Notes: a model not told the origin generated them from the sequence alone. Positions 18,128 to 28,300 are shown, numbered from the stretch's first letter. The stretch: 64,000 bases of DNA from Methanoregula sp. (GCF_049518935.1 NZ_JBEKRH010000008.1:271-64270); one strand, 5' to 3'. Numbers and translations: made by a program.

Positions 18128-19568
18128 GCCAGATCTCCATAGTGGCGAGTTCCTTCCGGACAACCGGCTCCCAGCGATGACTACAGGAGAGCACGATCCG
18201 GCTGTCAGGATGGCTATCAGCAAGAGATTTTATTCCCACACATCCCTGTCGCACCATATCCTCGTCCCACTCGGGGATTTCGCACGGTCCGATGGGAAAT
18301 GTCTCTCTCAGTTCAGCCGGGTACGGGCCGAAAGGCGGTTTGAAGTGCAGGATATCATCAAATCCCTCTGCCCGGCTGCCGTCAAAAGATACAAGTACAT
18401 TTTTTCCCAGATTAAGGCGTGAGAGCTGGCGCTGGTACCGCAGGACCTCGGTGCGCCGGCAACTCTCGCTGCCCCGGTAAAAGAACCGTCGTTTCGATAC
18501 CCGGTCATGGGCTTCGAGTGCAGGAACATGACCGAGCAGGGCCCGGTAACCGGCAAGGAGCTGGGGGTGGCCGCGGCAGCGTTCGTCCACCAGTTCCCAG
18601 AGCGTGCCATCCGCGATTGCCTGCCGGATCCGTGCGATCTCCGCAAGGGTCACGTGGAGGTTGTGGAGAGCAAGCAGGCGCTCGCGATCGTTTGCTGTCC
18701 GGAGCTCTTCGGCCGTATGCGAACGGCAGACCGCACAGGCACAGGGAAGATCGGCAAGTTCCCCGATACGGTAACTGCCGTGCGAGGTGAGGTACCGGCC
18801 ATCCTTTGCATAAAGAGCATAGGCTGCCGAGTCAAAGAGATCGCACCCCATCGCGGTGGCAAGGGCAAACATGGCCGGGTGACCGGCACCGAAAAGATGG
18901 ACGCATGCGGATGGTGCGAGGGTTCGTTTTGCGGCCATAACGACGCTGACAAGATCCCGGTACCGGTATGATTCCATGAGTGGGACTACTGCACCCACCG
19001 GGCAGAACGAGAACCCGAGATCGCTCACCTCGCGGCCTGCCCGCTCCCGGAGATCTTCAAAGATACCTCCCTGGACAGGACCCGCGATTGGTGCATCGCT
19101 GCCGAACACATCCCGGGCTTCTTTGAGACGCTGCATGGTGACAGCGAGTTCCCGTTCCGTGGTCTCGCGGTCAGATGCGGGGGATGTCGGGATGTCGAGC
19201 GGAACCCATATATCACTCCCGATATCGCGCTGGAATGAGAGTGTCTCGGTATTAGTGATCGAGACCTGGCCATAGACCGAGAGCTGGAACGAGCCGGAGT
19301 CAGTCATGATCACGCCGTCAAAATCCAGGAGTTTGTGGAGCCCTTCCGCCAGCGCCAGTTCGCGGTACTGCTGGCTCTGGGAGAAGATGTAGGCATTTGT
19401 TATGAGCGCCTCGACGCCCATCTGCCTGAGTTCCTTTGGGGTGACCAGCTGGAGATGGGGGTTGATGACCGGGAGCAGCGCGGGTGTCCTGACCGTCTTT
19501 TTTCCGATTGTCAGCTTTCCTGCGCGTCCCGCACAATCACTGTCCAGACTTTCAAATGCAATTGCCAT
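18114..19568 (-). CDS. tgtA: archaeal tRNA-guanine(15) transglycosylase
   Basis: [38 protein letters not shown]..., ...[10 protein letters not shown]..., ...[26 protein letters not shown]..., and the zinc site CACAVCRSH. Confidence 0.92.
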   Translation of the reverse strand: MAIAFESLDSDCAGRAGKLTIGKKTVRTPALLPVINPHLQLVTPKELRQMGVEALITNAYIFSQSQQYRELALAEGLHKLLDFDGVIMTDSGSFQLSVYGQVSITNTETLSFQRDIGSDIWVPLDIPTSPASDRETTERELAVTMQRLKEARDVFGSDAPIAGPVQGGIFEDLRERAGREVSDLGFSFCPVGAVVPLMESYRYRDLVSVVMAAKRTLAPSACVHLFGAGHPAMFALATAMGCDLFDSAAYALYAKDGRYLTSHGSYRIGELADLPCACAVCRSHTAEELRTANDRERLLALHNLHVTLAEIARIRQAIADGTLWELVDERCRGHPQLLAGYRALLGHVPALEAHDRVSKRRFFYRGSESCRRTEVLRYQRQLSRLNLGKNVLVSFDGSRAEGFDDILHFKPPFGPYPAELRETFPIGPCEIPEWDEDMVRQGCVGIKSLADSHPDSRIVLSCSHRWEPVVRKELATMEIWHAPL

Positions 19569-19628
19569 GGCGCACCGTATGTGCCCTTAAATAAGCTCTC
19601 TTCAGGTTAAACGGTTGCCCTCAGCGCA

Positions 19629-20192
19629 TCAGGCCTTCTCGGAAAAGATCTGGCCCTCGAAAGTGAGAAATTCCACAGATTCGTTCTTCCAGCAGTGGTC
19701 CGGGAGGCCGGCTTTCATGCAGGTGTGTTCAAGAAATGTCGTGGCGTCCCAGCTGTATTCCGTGGCAACCTGGGGGAGCAGCAGGCCGCTGGTGCCCATG
19801 CCCCGGACGATCAACCCATGACGCCCGACCACAATCTTATGGGGGCGCTCTGACGGCTTGGCTTCCAGGGGAACCGGGACGGTCAGGATCGTGACCTCAA
19901 GGGAGATATCCCCCAGTTCCTCTTTTTTTACCGGGGGAAACCGGGGATCTTCCAGCGCAGCGGCGGCAGCGGCATGCTCGATTGCCTCCCCGAGAGGCAT
20001 GACCGGATACGGGAGTCCTATGCAGCCACGCAACTCCCCGTGCTTGCTGATCGTGACAAACACCCCCCGTTTGTCCCGGAAAACCGGCGTCAGCTTCTGT
20101 ACGGGTTTTGGTTTTTTAGCACAGACATGATCGATCGTGCCGCGTGCAGAGCGGACGGCCAGGTTTCCTTCATCAGCGGTGAGTAAATCCAT
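19629..20192 (-). CDS. AMMECR1 domain protein
   Basis: ...KRGVFVTISKHGELRGCIGLPYPVMPLGEAIEHAAAAAALEDPRFPPV.... ATG 20192 (MDLLTADEG...) is preferred; the alternative is 20240. Confidence 0.9.
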   Translation of the reverse strand: MDLLTADEGNLAVRSARGTIDHVCAKKPKPVQKLTPVFRDKRGVFVTISKHGELRGCIGLPYPVMPLGEAIEHAAAAAALEDPRFPPVKKEELGDISLEVTILTVPVPLEAKPSERPHKIVVGRHGLIVRGMGTSGLLLPQVATEYSWDATTFLEHTCMKAGLPDHCWKNESVEFLTFEGQIFSEKA

Positions 20193-20330
20193 GGTGTTCC
20201 CCCATGCTTGTGATGGTCTATAGTCCATCTTGGATAACAATCTATCGGATTTTTCAGATATTACGTAGTTTATTGCGCAGAATGGTAGTGTTCCGGTCTT
20301 CCGGCGCTGTGCTTATCTTCTTCAAAGTCG

Positions 20331-20338
20331 TATAATTA
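20331..20338 (+). promoter_or_regulatory. TATA-box-like element upstream of the RNase P RNA-like element
   Basis: TATAATTA lies in an ORF-free gap, about 45 nt upstream of the GAGGAAAGTCC motif. Confidence 0.35.
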
Positions 20339-20339
20339 C

Positions 20340-20570
20340 AGGAGAGGGAGAGAGCGGCCGACGGTGACTTCAGTGTCGCTGAGGAAAGTCCCCCCACCCA
20401 CCGGTCACGCAGCCGTACGCAAGTACGGGTGGCGAGAGTCACGGCAATGGCACAGAAACGACCAAGTCAGAACAGGACATATGGATCGTCCGGTATCCGT
20501 CCGGGTTTGACGCATAGCTGAATGCCGCTAAAACAAAAGGAGGCTTACTCCTCCCACTCACTTCTTCTTA
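20340..20570 (+). ncRNA. rnpB: RNase P RNA-like element (ends approximate)
   Basis: Exact CR-I motif GAGGAAAGTCC at 20381-20391 in a ~500-bp ORF-free gap. GGCACAGAAA at 20449-20458 and TCAGAACAGGAC at 20467-20478 are CR-V-like, with GGAC able to pair with GTCC of CR-I as P4. A GNRA hairpin CCGTAC-GCAA-GTACGG is present. GACGGT (20361-66) can pair with ATCGTC (20485-90) as P2. No covariance model was run. Confidence 0.55.
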
Positions 20571-20752
20571 TGGTTTTAGCGCACGAAAATCTTTTTCGAT
20601 TTGGTTGTTTGTTTTCCGGATAGGAATTCAGATACCTGAAATCCCGGTAATGTTATCAGTTTGAATGGATATGTTGCCGGAACGTGCACCCAAAGGGATA
20701 CATCTATCAGATACTCGCGGAAAACGTGGTACAAAAGATGGGAGGTTTTTGC

Positions 20753-21796
20753 ATGTTTCATGCAGGTTTCTTTAAAATCCGGAAAATGATTCTTCTTACG
20801 CTCTGTATCAGTCTTCTCCTTGTAGCGGCACCGTCACAGGCGCTCGATCTGATGCCCGGGACGTCCCAGTCTTCCGTACCGGTGATCTCTAACGGAGATC
20901 CCGTAACAATTCATGGTATTGCCACCGGCCATCCCCGGAATGGGCTTATGGTCTGGGTTATCGGGTACAATTACCTTACCATTTCCAATATCCAGGTCAA
21001 TGATGACAATACCTACAGTTATGAAATGAAATCCGCCGATACTGCAAATCTCGCATCCGGCCAGTATCTGGTGATCGTCCAGCACCCGATGATGAACGGT
21101 CAGTTTGACATAACCTACGACTCCTCGACCGGCAACGTAATTAACCGTCAGCTCGGCAATGGTATGGCAATATTCCAGCTCGGAAAGGCCGGAAGTCTCC
21201 AGAGCCCGGATGCGGCATCAGCCCTCATGAGCGCCATCAACAGCCAGAATATCGATGATACTTTTGCTACATCCTCATTTTCTGTCAGTCCTCCGGATGC
21301 ATTTATCAACCCGATTGGCGACCATGCAGTAGGGGATAAATTTACCATTACCGGATCCACAAATCTTGCCGCCGGGGACAATCTCCAGGTGGATGTGTAT
21401 TCGTCATCGTTCACACCTACCGGAAAGAACCAGGACAGTACGTTTTCCGGTGCGAGCGGAGTTGTCCAGGTTCAGCAAGGAACCAATGGGCATAACTTCT
21501 GGTCGTTTGATGTGGACGCGACGGGATTCAAACCCGATGAATATATCGTCATGGTGAAGGGCATTACCCAGGATGTCAGCGGGTCTGCCACGTTCAATAT
21601 AGTGGAAACGCTCCCGACAACAGCGCCCGTGCTTTCAGTCATCCCGACAACAACCGCAATACCCTCGCAGACGGTGACTACCCTCCCGGTTTCTGCTATA
21701 CCCACGACAAAAAAATCAGCGTTGCCAGCAGGTATCTGCATTGGGGCGACTGCCACAGCATTTATCGTACTGCTGATAAAAAAAGAAAATACCTGA
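20753..21796 (+). CDS. secreted cell-surface protein with a signal peptide, Thr/Pro-rich linker and C-terminal TM anchor
   Basis: MFHAGFFKIRKMILLTLCISLLLVAAPSQA signal. The C-terminus is ...TLPTTAPVLSVIPTTTAIPSQTVTTLPVSAIPTTKKSALPAGICIGATATAFIVLLIKKENT. The start is chosen among 20684, 20753 and 20786. Confidence 0.7.
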   Translation: MFHAGFFKIRKMILLTLCISLLLVAAPSQALDLMPGTSQSSVPVISNGDPVTIHGIATGHPRNGLMVWVIGYNYLTISNIQVNDDNTYSYEMKSADTANLASGQYLVIVQHPMMNGQFDITYDSSTGNVINRQLGNGMAIFQLGKAGSLQSPDAASALMSAINSQNIDDTFATSSFSVSPPDAFINPIGDHAVGDKFTITGSTNLAAGDNLQVDVYSSSFTPTGKNQDSTFSGASGVVQVQQGTNGHNFWSFDVDATGFKPDEYIVMVKGITQDVSGSATFNIVETLPTTAPVLSVIPTTTAIPSQTVTTLPVSAIPTTKKSALPAGICIGATATAFIVLLIKKENT

Positions 21797-21810
21797 AGTT
21801 TTATTTTTAT

Positions 21811-23241
21811 TTACCAGCCAAGGAACAGCGTCTTTGTCTCCGAATACTGGTCAAGCGCATGGTGCCCGTTCTCCCGGCCGATTCCGCTCTCGTTTGTGCC
21901 CCCGAACGGAACTTCCGGCGGTACCGTAAGATGCCGGTTCACCCATATAATGCCCGCCCTGATCTCATCAAAAGCCCGCCGGGTTGTGGCGAGGTTTGAG
22001 GTCCAGATCGATGCACCGAGGCCAAATCGCGTGTTGTTTGCCTCGCGGATTGCGGTCTCAAGATCCGGCACGGTCATAACCGGGAGCACCGGGCCGAAGA
22101 GTTCGTCCGTGACAAGCCGGCTTCCCGGGACAACATCGGTTACCAGCGTCGGCTGATAGAAATAGCCCTGCTTATAGGTACCTTCCTGCAAGGTACACCC
22201 GCCTGTCAGGATAGTACCGTTATTCTTATCCCGGGTCTCATCGAGCATTCCCGCGATCTGTTCGCGCTGAATGGCGTTGTTCATCGGACCCATATCGATC
22301 GCCGGCATAAGGCCATTCCCGATACGCAGGGATTCGACCCGCTCCTTCATCTTCCTGATAAACGGTTCTGCAATACTCTCGTGGAGATACAGCCGTTTTA
22401 CCGCAGTACAGGTCTGGCCTGCATTGTAAAACCTGCCCCTGACAGCGCCATCGACAGCCTTGTCGATATCCGCATCGTTCATCACAATCATCGGATCTGA
22501 TCCCCCAAGCTCCAGCGTGATTACCTTGAGACCCTGATGTGCAAGGTCCCGGATCCGCAGGCCCGTAGTGACATTTCCGGTAAAGGAGATCTTCCGGACC
22601 GAAGGATGTTTTACGAGTGGCTCCCCGACAGATTCCCCGCTTCCTGTTACAATATTGAGGACTCCCGGAAGGAGCCCGGATTCGTCGAGAATTTTTCCAA
22701 GCCGGAGATTGGTAAGAGGGGTGGTGGAGGCAGGTTTGAGAACGAGGGTATTGCCCGCGAGGAGTGCAGGACCAACTTTCCATCCCATGATAAGTACAGG
22801 CATATTCCATGGAATGATTGCACCGCAGACCCCCAGGGGTTCGCGGGTCACCAGGCAATCGCCGGCCGCACCGAGACGAATCATCTCACCCTGCTGCTGT
22901 GCTGAGATCCCGGCATAAAATTCCAGGATGTTGGCAAATCCCCGTACTTCGTCAATGGCCTCGGCAAGGGGCTTGCCTTGTTCCGTTGTGAGAAGTGCGG
23001 CCAGATCTGTATGCTGCTTTCGTACGTTCTCCGCAGCATGGAAAAGGATCATGCCCCGGTCGCGCGGGGTTTTCTTCTTCCATGCCCTGAATGCAGTTTC
23101 GGCTGCATCCACTGCCCGTGCAACATCATCCGCGGATCCTGCCGGGATCCGATCGATCACCTCGCCCGTTGCCGGGTTTTTTACCTCAGTCCAGGCGTCA
23201 TCAAGGGATGGAGATTCTTTTCCTCCGATTCTCATCAGCAT
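21811..23241 (-). CDS. NAD(P)-dependent aldehyde dehydrogenase
   Basis: ...ITLELGGSDPMIV... (catalytic Glu), ...FYNAGQTCTAVKR... (catalytic Cys), ...EELFGPV.... 476 aa. Confidence 0.95.
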   Translation of the reverse strand: MLMRIGGKESPSLDDAWTEVKNPATGEVIDRIPAGSADDVARAVDAAETAFRAWKKKTPRDRGMILFHAAENVRKQHTDLAALLTTEQGKPLAEAIDEVRGFANILEFYAGISAQQQGEMIRLGAAGDCLVTREPLGVCGAIIPWNMPVLIMGWKVGPALLAGNTLVLKPASTTPLTNLRLGKILDESGLLPGVLNIVTGSGESVGEPLVKHPSVRKISFTGNVTTGLRIRDLAHQGLKVITLELGGSDPMIVMNDADIDKAVDGAVRGRFYNAGQTCTAVKRLYLHESIAEPFIRKMKERVESLRIGNGLMPAIDMGPMNNAIQREQIAGMLDETRDKNNGTILTGGCTLQEGTYKQGYFYQPTLVTDVVPGSRLVTDELFGPVLPVMTVPDLETAIREANNTRFGLGASIWTSNLATTRRAFDEIRAGIIWVNRHLTVPPEVPFGGTNESGIGRENGHHALDQYSETKTLFLGW

Positions 23242-23391
23242 CGTATTGTCACCCTTTTCGATCTCTTTGACTGTTCGGAACCATTATTTTCCGGACATAA
23301 AATTTACTGGTTAGTATCTTTATTCAGTTCCCCTATTTTACAACAAACTATATGGTCATATACCATAAAGTGAGCCTCTAGGGAATTCTCT

Positions 23392-23856
23392 ATGATGGAA
23401 GATCCACAAAAAAACGGGAAGATACCCGCTGCTCCGGAGCCTGTTGTCACTCCGGTAATCCCGCAAAACGATGATCTGCTCATTGAGACTGATGAGCTTA
23501 CATGGGAAAATACCGTGGAAAAATCCAAAAAACCCGTTGCCGTCATGTTCTACTCACCGACCTGTGCCTTCTGTCACCAGATGGAGCCGTATTTCAGAAG
23601 TTATGCCGGAGAGTATCAAGATTCAGTTATTTTTGTCCGCATCAATATCCTGACAAGCATGTGGACTGCAGAGCGGTATGGAGTTAAAAGCACTCCCACG
23701 TTCAAATTTTTCTGCAACGGGAAACCCGTCCATGAAATGGTTGGCGCAATATACCCTGCGATCCTGAAGAAGATGATCGACGAAGTTCTCATCCATGGCA
23801 AGGAATGTGCAAAGAACTCCACCCTGATCGATTACGATATTACCGGGTACGGATAG
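23392..23856 (+). CDS. thioredoxin-fold protein with a CAFC active site
   Basis: ...WENTVEKSKKPVAVMFYSPTCAFCHQMEPYF...YGVKSTPTFKFFCNGKPV.... Confidence 0.85.
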   Translation: MMEDPQKNGKIPAAPEPVVTPVIPQNDDLLIETDELTWENTVEKSKKPVAVMFYSPTCAFCHQMEPYFRSYAGEYQDSVIFVRINILTSMWTAERYGVKSTPTFKFFCNGKPVHEMVGAIYPAILKKMIDEVLIHGKECAKNSTLIDYDITGYG

Positions 23857-23875
23857 TTGTTCGGGAATTGCCCCG

Positions 23876-25102
23876 TTAGTCAACGCTGCGGCTGCAGCCA
23901 CAGCTGATTGCCGCTTTTGTCACGGCTTTTGCGACAACTTTTGTGACGGTCTTGTCAAGGATGTTGGGCATTATACAATCGCTCTTTGGCTTTGGGACAC
24001 AACCGGCGATCGCATGGGCTGCTGCAATCTTCATTTCATCCGTAATCCGCGTGGCCCGGGCATCGAGTGCCCCCCGGAATATTCCGGGAAATGCGAGGAC
24101 ATTGTTGATCTGGTTGGGAAAATCGCTCCTTCCGGTACCGACAACCATCGCCCCTGCATGCAGTGCTGCATCGGGCCAGATCTCCGGGACCGGATTCGCC
24201 ATGGCAAATACGATGGCCTTTTTATTCATCGATCTGACCATCTCTTCGGTTACAAGACCCGGTGCTGAAACACCAATTAATACATCCGCCCCAATCATTG
24301 CATCCGAGAGCGAACCGGCAAGGGCCGGCCTATTGGTCTCTTCAGCGATAATGAATTTGTACTTGTTTTTATACAATCCCTGCCGTTCGCGGAATATGGT
24401 TCCCTGCGTATCGCAGACAATGATCTCATTTACCCGGGTGCATACCCGGGGATCGTAACCGATACACTTGAGCAGCCGGGTGATGGCAAATCCTGCAGCT
24501 CCCGCACCGCAGATGACGATATTAAGATCAGCATATTTTTTCCCGGTGACTTTGCAGGCATTGAGCAGAGCGGCAAGGACAACCACAGCTGTCCCGTGCT
24601 GGTCATCGTGCATCACCGGTATACCAATATCCTGAAGGGCGTCCTCTACCTCAAAACATTTCGGGGCTGCGATATCCTCGAGATTGATGCCACCGAAGAC
24701 CGGGGCGATATTTTTTACCTGGTCGACGAAGTCTGTCTCATAGTTCTCAAAACAGATCGGGAATGCATCCACACCGGCAAACTCCTTGAAGAGAATTGCT
24801 TTTCCCTCCATGACGGGAATTGCTGCATAGCCTCCGATATTTCCCAGGCCAAGGACGGCTGATCCATCCGTGACAATAGCGATCGTATTTGCTTTCAGGG
24901 TGTATTTGTACGCGAGATTCCGATCCCTTGCAATTTCCCGGCAGACTTCAGCAACACCCGGCGTATATGCCCGTGAAAGATCTGCCCTGGTCTTCAGTGG
25001 GATCTTGGAATGGATCTCCAGTTTTCCTTTATGCAGTGCATGGAGGGCAAGGGATTCCTTGTAGATCTCAATGCTGCCGGGTGAAAATACCATCCTGATC
25101 AC
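23876..25102 (-). CDS. NAD(P)-dependent malic enzyme (short archaeal/bacterial type)
   Basis: ...LALHALHKGKLEIHSKIPLKTRADLSRAYTPGVAEVCREI..., ...VTDGSAVLGLGNIG..., ...NLEDIAAPKCFEVE..., ...VICGAGAAG.... Confidence 0.93.
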   Translation of the reverse strand: MIRMVFSPGSIEIYKESLALHALHKGKLEIHSKIPLKTRADLSRAYTPGVAEVCREIARDRNLAYKYTLKANTIAIVTDGSAVLGLGNIGGYAAIPVMEGKAILFKEFAGVDAFPICFENYETDFVDQVKNIAPVFGGINLEDIAAPKCFEVEDALQDIGIPVMHDDQHGTAVVVLAALLNACKVTGKKYADLNIVICGAGAAGFAITRLLKCIGYDPRVCTRVNEIIVCDTQGTIFRERQGLYKNKYKFIIAEETNRPALAGSLSDAMIGADVLIGVSAPGLVTEEMVRSMNKKAIVFAMANPVPEIWPDAALHAGAMVVGTGRSDFPNQINNVLAFPGIFRGALDARATRITDEMKIAAAHAIAGCVPKPKSDCIMPNILDKTVTKVVAKAVTKAAISCGCSRSVD

Positions 25103-25340
25103 TTCACATACGTCACAGTGAGGGGACAGGCAATGAAGTTAACGGTCGGTGTAAAGGATTCAGGGATGTCCTTACGGAGATCACTCCGGGATTATTGTGT
25201 AACTGATGATTCCTGCCGGAATGCTGTTCCCGAAAGGCAAATCTTAATAAATGAATGAACAAATGTATACATCAAGGTATAATTTGGTCACTACTGGGAA
25301 TTTCTTGCAAATAATTTTCGGTAACCTGTAATCTCTGGAT

Positions 25341-25874
25341 GTGCAAACCATGACCCTGAAATCAAAAGATATTGCTATTGTTGGAATCCTGCTCGCAATT
25401 GGTGCAATCCTCCGGTATTTCCTTGCGATGCTGCATACGCCCCTCACCCCGAACATGATCATCGCATTCTATTGTCTTGCGATCATCCTCATCGCACCGA
25501 CAATGCTCGAGGCTGTGGGGATCGGCCTTGTTGCGGGAGTGTTGTCGATGCTGATTTCGGGATCGATATTTCCCCCGGCAAACCTGATCAGCGAACCTCT
25601 TGGGGCGCTGGTTTGCTTTGCGGTGTATGCCCTTATTAAAAACCGGTCAAAACTTGCGCCTACCGCAACGACCTTCCTTGTTACGCTGGTCAGTGGATTT
25701 TCCTTTGCTGCGATCGCACTCATTGCAGTAATGCCGACAATAGTCCAGAAATATCACACCCTGGATGCATTCATCATCGTATTTGTCCCCATCGTCGTCG
25801 TAACTGCGGTATTTAATGCCGTTATCGTCCAAATCCTCTACATACCTGCCAACCGGGTATTGTCACGAGGATAG
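25341..25874 (+). CDS. ECF-transporter substrate-binding (S) component, TrpP-like
   Basis: 177 aa, about 6 TM. ...LTPNMIIAFYCLAIILI..., ...FPPANLISEPLGALVCFAVY... and ...VVVTAVFNAVIVQILYIP... parallel B. subtilis TrpP as I remember it. It sits directly upstream of the ECF A and T genes. Confidence 0.7.
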   Translation: MQTMTLKSKDIAIVGILLAIGAILRYFLAMLHTPLTPNMIIAFYCLAIILIAPTMLEAVGIGLVAGVLSMLISGSIFPPANLISEPLGALVCFAVYALIKNRSKLAPTATTFLVTLVSGFSFAAIALIAVMPTIVQKYHTLDAFIIVFVPIVVVTAVFNAVIVQILYIPANRVLSRG

Positions 25875-25876
25875 TA

Positions 25877-27334
25877 ATGATAGATCTCGAAAACGTCAGT
25901 TACACCTATCCCCATACCGTGCAGACCGCTCTGCACGATCTCTCTCTCTCTTTGCCGGAAGGAACCTGTATACTGGTTACCGGCCCGTCCGGAGCCGGAA
26001 AGACTACACTCTGCCTTGCTGCCGCCGGCATTCTTCACCATGAGTACGGTGGGAAAAAAGAGGGATCTGTCACGGTTGATGGAAAAAATGTATCCGAATA
26101 TACCGGACTCTCGGCTCTTGCACAAAAGATCGGCATTGTTTTTGATGATCCTGAAGCGCAGATGATCTTCACCACGGTTGAAGAGGAGATCCTCTCGGCA
26201 CTCGAGCACCGGGGACTGGAAGCAGCGGTCATTGAAGAACGTCTTGCATCGATCATGCAGGTTACCCACCTGTCAGAACTCCGCAACCGTTCGCCGCATA
26301 ACCTTTCAGGGGGTCAGAAACAAAGAGTTGCCCTTGCTGCAACACTTGCGCTTGGCAATGATATCCTGATCCTTGATGAGCCGACTTCGGAACTGGATGA
26401 GCATGCTACCGGAAGAATTGTCTCGATACTGAAAAATCTCAAGGCACAGGGAAAAACAATTCTTCTTGTCGAACACAAGTTTTCGCATTTCAGGGAAATT
26501 GTCGATACTCTTGTTGTAATGGAAAACGGAAAGATCAGCGCGATGGGGACCCCGGCAGAAATATTTGCAGATGAACGACTGCGGAAGATCGTGCTTCCTG
26601 ATTTTTCAGGAATTCGTGACCTGAAACCGATATCCGGCACCTCTGCTCTGTCACCGGTTGCCACTTCAGATCCGGTTATTTCCGTGCAAGATCTTTCATA
26701 TTCCTATGGCGACATACTGGCAATTGACTCTCTGAACCTCTCAATTCATGCCGGTGAGTTTGTTGCAATAGTCGGTGAGAACGGATCCGGAAAGACCACC
26801 CTCGTCAAGCATTTCAACGGGCTCCTTGCACCTACCCATGGCAACGTGCTTATTGGCGGGAAAAATACCCGGCAAAGCACCATCACGGATCTTGCCCGTG
26901 ATGTGGGCTTGGTATTCCAGAACCCCGATCATATGTTCTTTGCCGATACTGTCCGGGAAGAAGTCGAGTTCGGCCTGAAAAATATTGGATTTTCCGAGGG
27001 GAATTCTGTGATAGACAAAGCACTGGAAGATGTAGGGCTGACCCATACAAAAGATCTCTACCCCCGCTGGCTCTCCCGTGGCGAACGCCAGAGGCTCGCC
27101 ATTGCCTGTGTTATCGCCATGAGGCCTCCTGCCATCGTCCTGGATGAACCCACTACCGGGCTCGATGGAATTGAAGCACGACTTGTCATGGAAATATTAA
27201 AGACGCTCCAACTGGCCGGACACACGATCATCGTCATCACTCATAACCGGGAAATTGCGCAGTATTGTGCAGACCGTGTTATCCTGATGGAGAAAGGAAG
27301 GATCATTTCCGATTCCGCTGGTGGTGCACGTTGA
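25877..27334 (+). CDS. ECF-transporter ATPase, fused double ABC cassette (EcfA1-EcfA2)
   Basis: Two Walker A motifs (GPSGAGKTT, GENGSGKTT), two signature motifs (LSGGQKQR, LSRGERQR) and two Walker B motifs (ILILDEPT, AIVLDEPT). Confidence 0.92.
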   Translation: MIDLENVSYTYPHTVQTALHDLSLSLPEGTCILVTGPSGAGKTTLCLAAAGILHHEYGGKKEGSVTVDGKNVSEYTGLSALAQKIGIVFDDPEAQMIFTTVEEEILSALEHRGLEAAVIEERLASIMQVTHLSELRNRSPHNLSGGQKQRVALAATLALGNDILILDEPTSELDEHATGRIVSILKNLKAQGKTILLVEHKFSHFREIVDTLVVMENGKISAMGTPAEIFADERLRKIVLPDFSGIRDLKPISGTSALSPVATSDPVISVQDLSYSYGDILAIDSLNLSIHAGEFVAIVGENGSGKTTLVKHFNGLLAPTHGNVLIGGKNTRQSTITDLARDVGLVFQNPDHMFFADTVREEVEFGLKNIGFSEGNSVIDKALEDVGLTHTKDLYPRWLSRGERQRLAIACVIAMRPPAIVLDEPTTGLDGIEARLVMEILKTLQLAGHTIIVITHNREIAQYCADRVILMEKGRIISDSAGGAR

Positions 27335-28134
27335 TGGCTGAGATTCTCGCTTATGTCCATAAGGATGGTTTTTTTCACCGTCTGCACCCGGTAACCAAAA
27401 TACTTTTCATTCTTGTCTTCGGAATGATGTCCATATTGTCAACGAATCTCGGGTTTCTTGCATTACTGGTAATTGTGATTCTCGTAATCTCCTATTGCGC
27501 AAACCTGGGTCCTGAAGTCCTGCACCAGTTCCGTCTTATCGCGATCATGAGTGTGATCCTCATCGGTATAACCATCATCACGATGCCTGGTGGTGATATC
27601 ATTGGATACATTATCCCTTACGGGTCCCCTATCCTCGGAGGAAGTCTTCCGGTGACGACAGGTGCTGTCGAATTCGGGCTGGTCCTTACGCTCAGGTTCA
27701 TGATCCTGATCTGTGCCTTCCAGCTTTTTGTCATCTCAACACAACCACGGGATATTGTTCATACTATGGACCGTATGAAAATTCCGATTGATTATTCACT
27801 CATGTTTCTTGTTGCCCTCAGATTTATCCCGACACTCCAGATTGAGGGTATTAGGATCCATGAAGCACAACTGGCGCGTGGATACAACCCCGGGACCGGG
27901 CTGATCGGAAAGATTCGTAGTGTTGCCCCGGTGGTTATCCCTCTCGTATCCAATGCATTATCCCGGGCAACCGTACTGGGACTGACAATAGATATCCGCG
28001 GCTACCGTACCGAAAAGCGAACCCGGTTGCGGGAATTCATTTTCCATGCGCGGGACTTCGGTGTGATAGTTGTGTTGGCGATCACAAGCTGCGTATATAC
28101 GTTTCTTGTGCTGACACAGATCCTCGGATCGTGA
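27334..28134 (+). CDS. ecfT: ECF-transporter transmembrane (T) component, CbiQ family
   Basis: MAEILAYVHKDGFFHRLHPVTKILFILVFG..., ...ALRFIPTLQIEGIRIHEAQLARG.... ATG 27334 overlaps the upstream TGA by 1 nt. Confidence 0.88.
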   Translation: MAEILAYVHKDGFFHRLHPVTKILFILVFGMMSILSTNLGFLALLVIVILVISYCANLGPEVLHQFRLIAIMSVILIGITIITMPGGDIIGYIIPYGSPILGGSLPVTTGAVEFGLVLTLRFMILICAFQLFVISTQPRDIVHTMDRMKIPIDYSLMFLVALRFIPTLQIEGIRIHEAQLARGYNPGTGLIGKIRSVAPVVIPLVSNALSRATVLGLTIDIRGYRTEKRTRLREFIFHARDFGVIVVLAITSCVYTFLVLTQILGS

Positions 28135-28300
28135 ATTTGCCTGACAATATCGGACACATTATTCCCATGCATATTAATCGAGAAAATCTTTTTCTCCAAA
28201 TCCCGTTTTCACATTGATCCGGAATTACCGGATAAAAACCGTTATCACGTAAAAGATTCATGGGAAAATGTTCTCGGAGGTTCGAGATGATAAAACGAGA

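Noticed and set aside
28135-28300. Possible mobile element or att site at tRNA-Arg.
   Set aside because: No integrase, no recognisable duplicate of the tRNA 3' end, and no terminal repeats were seen, so no mobile element is called.
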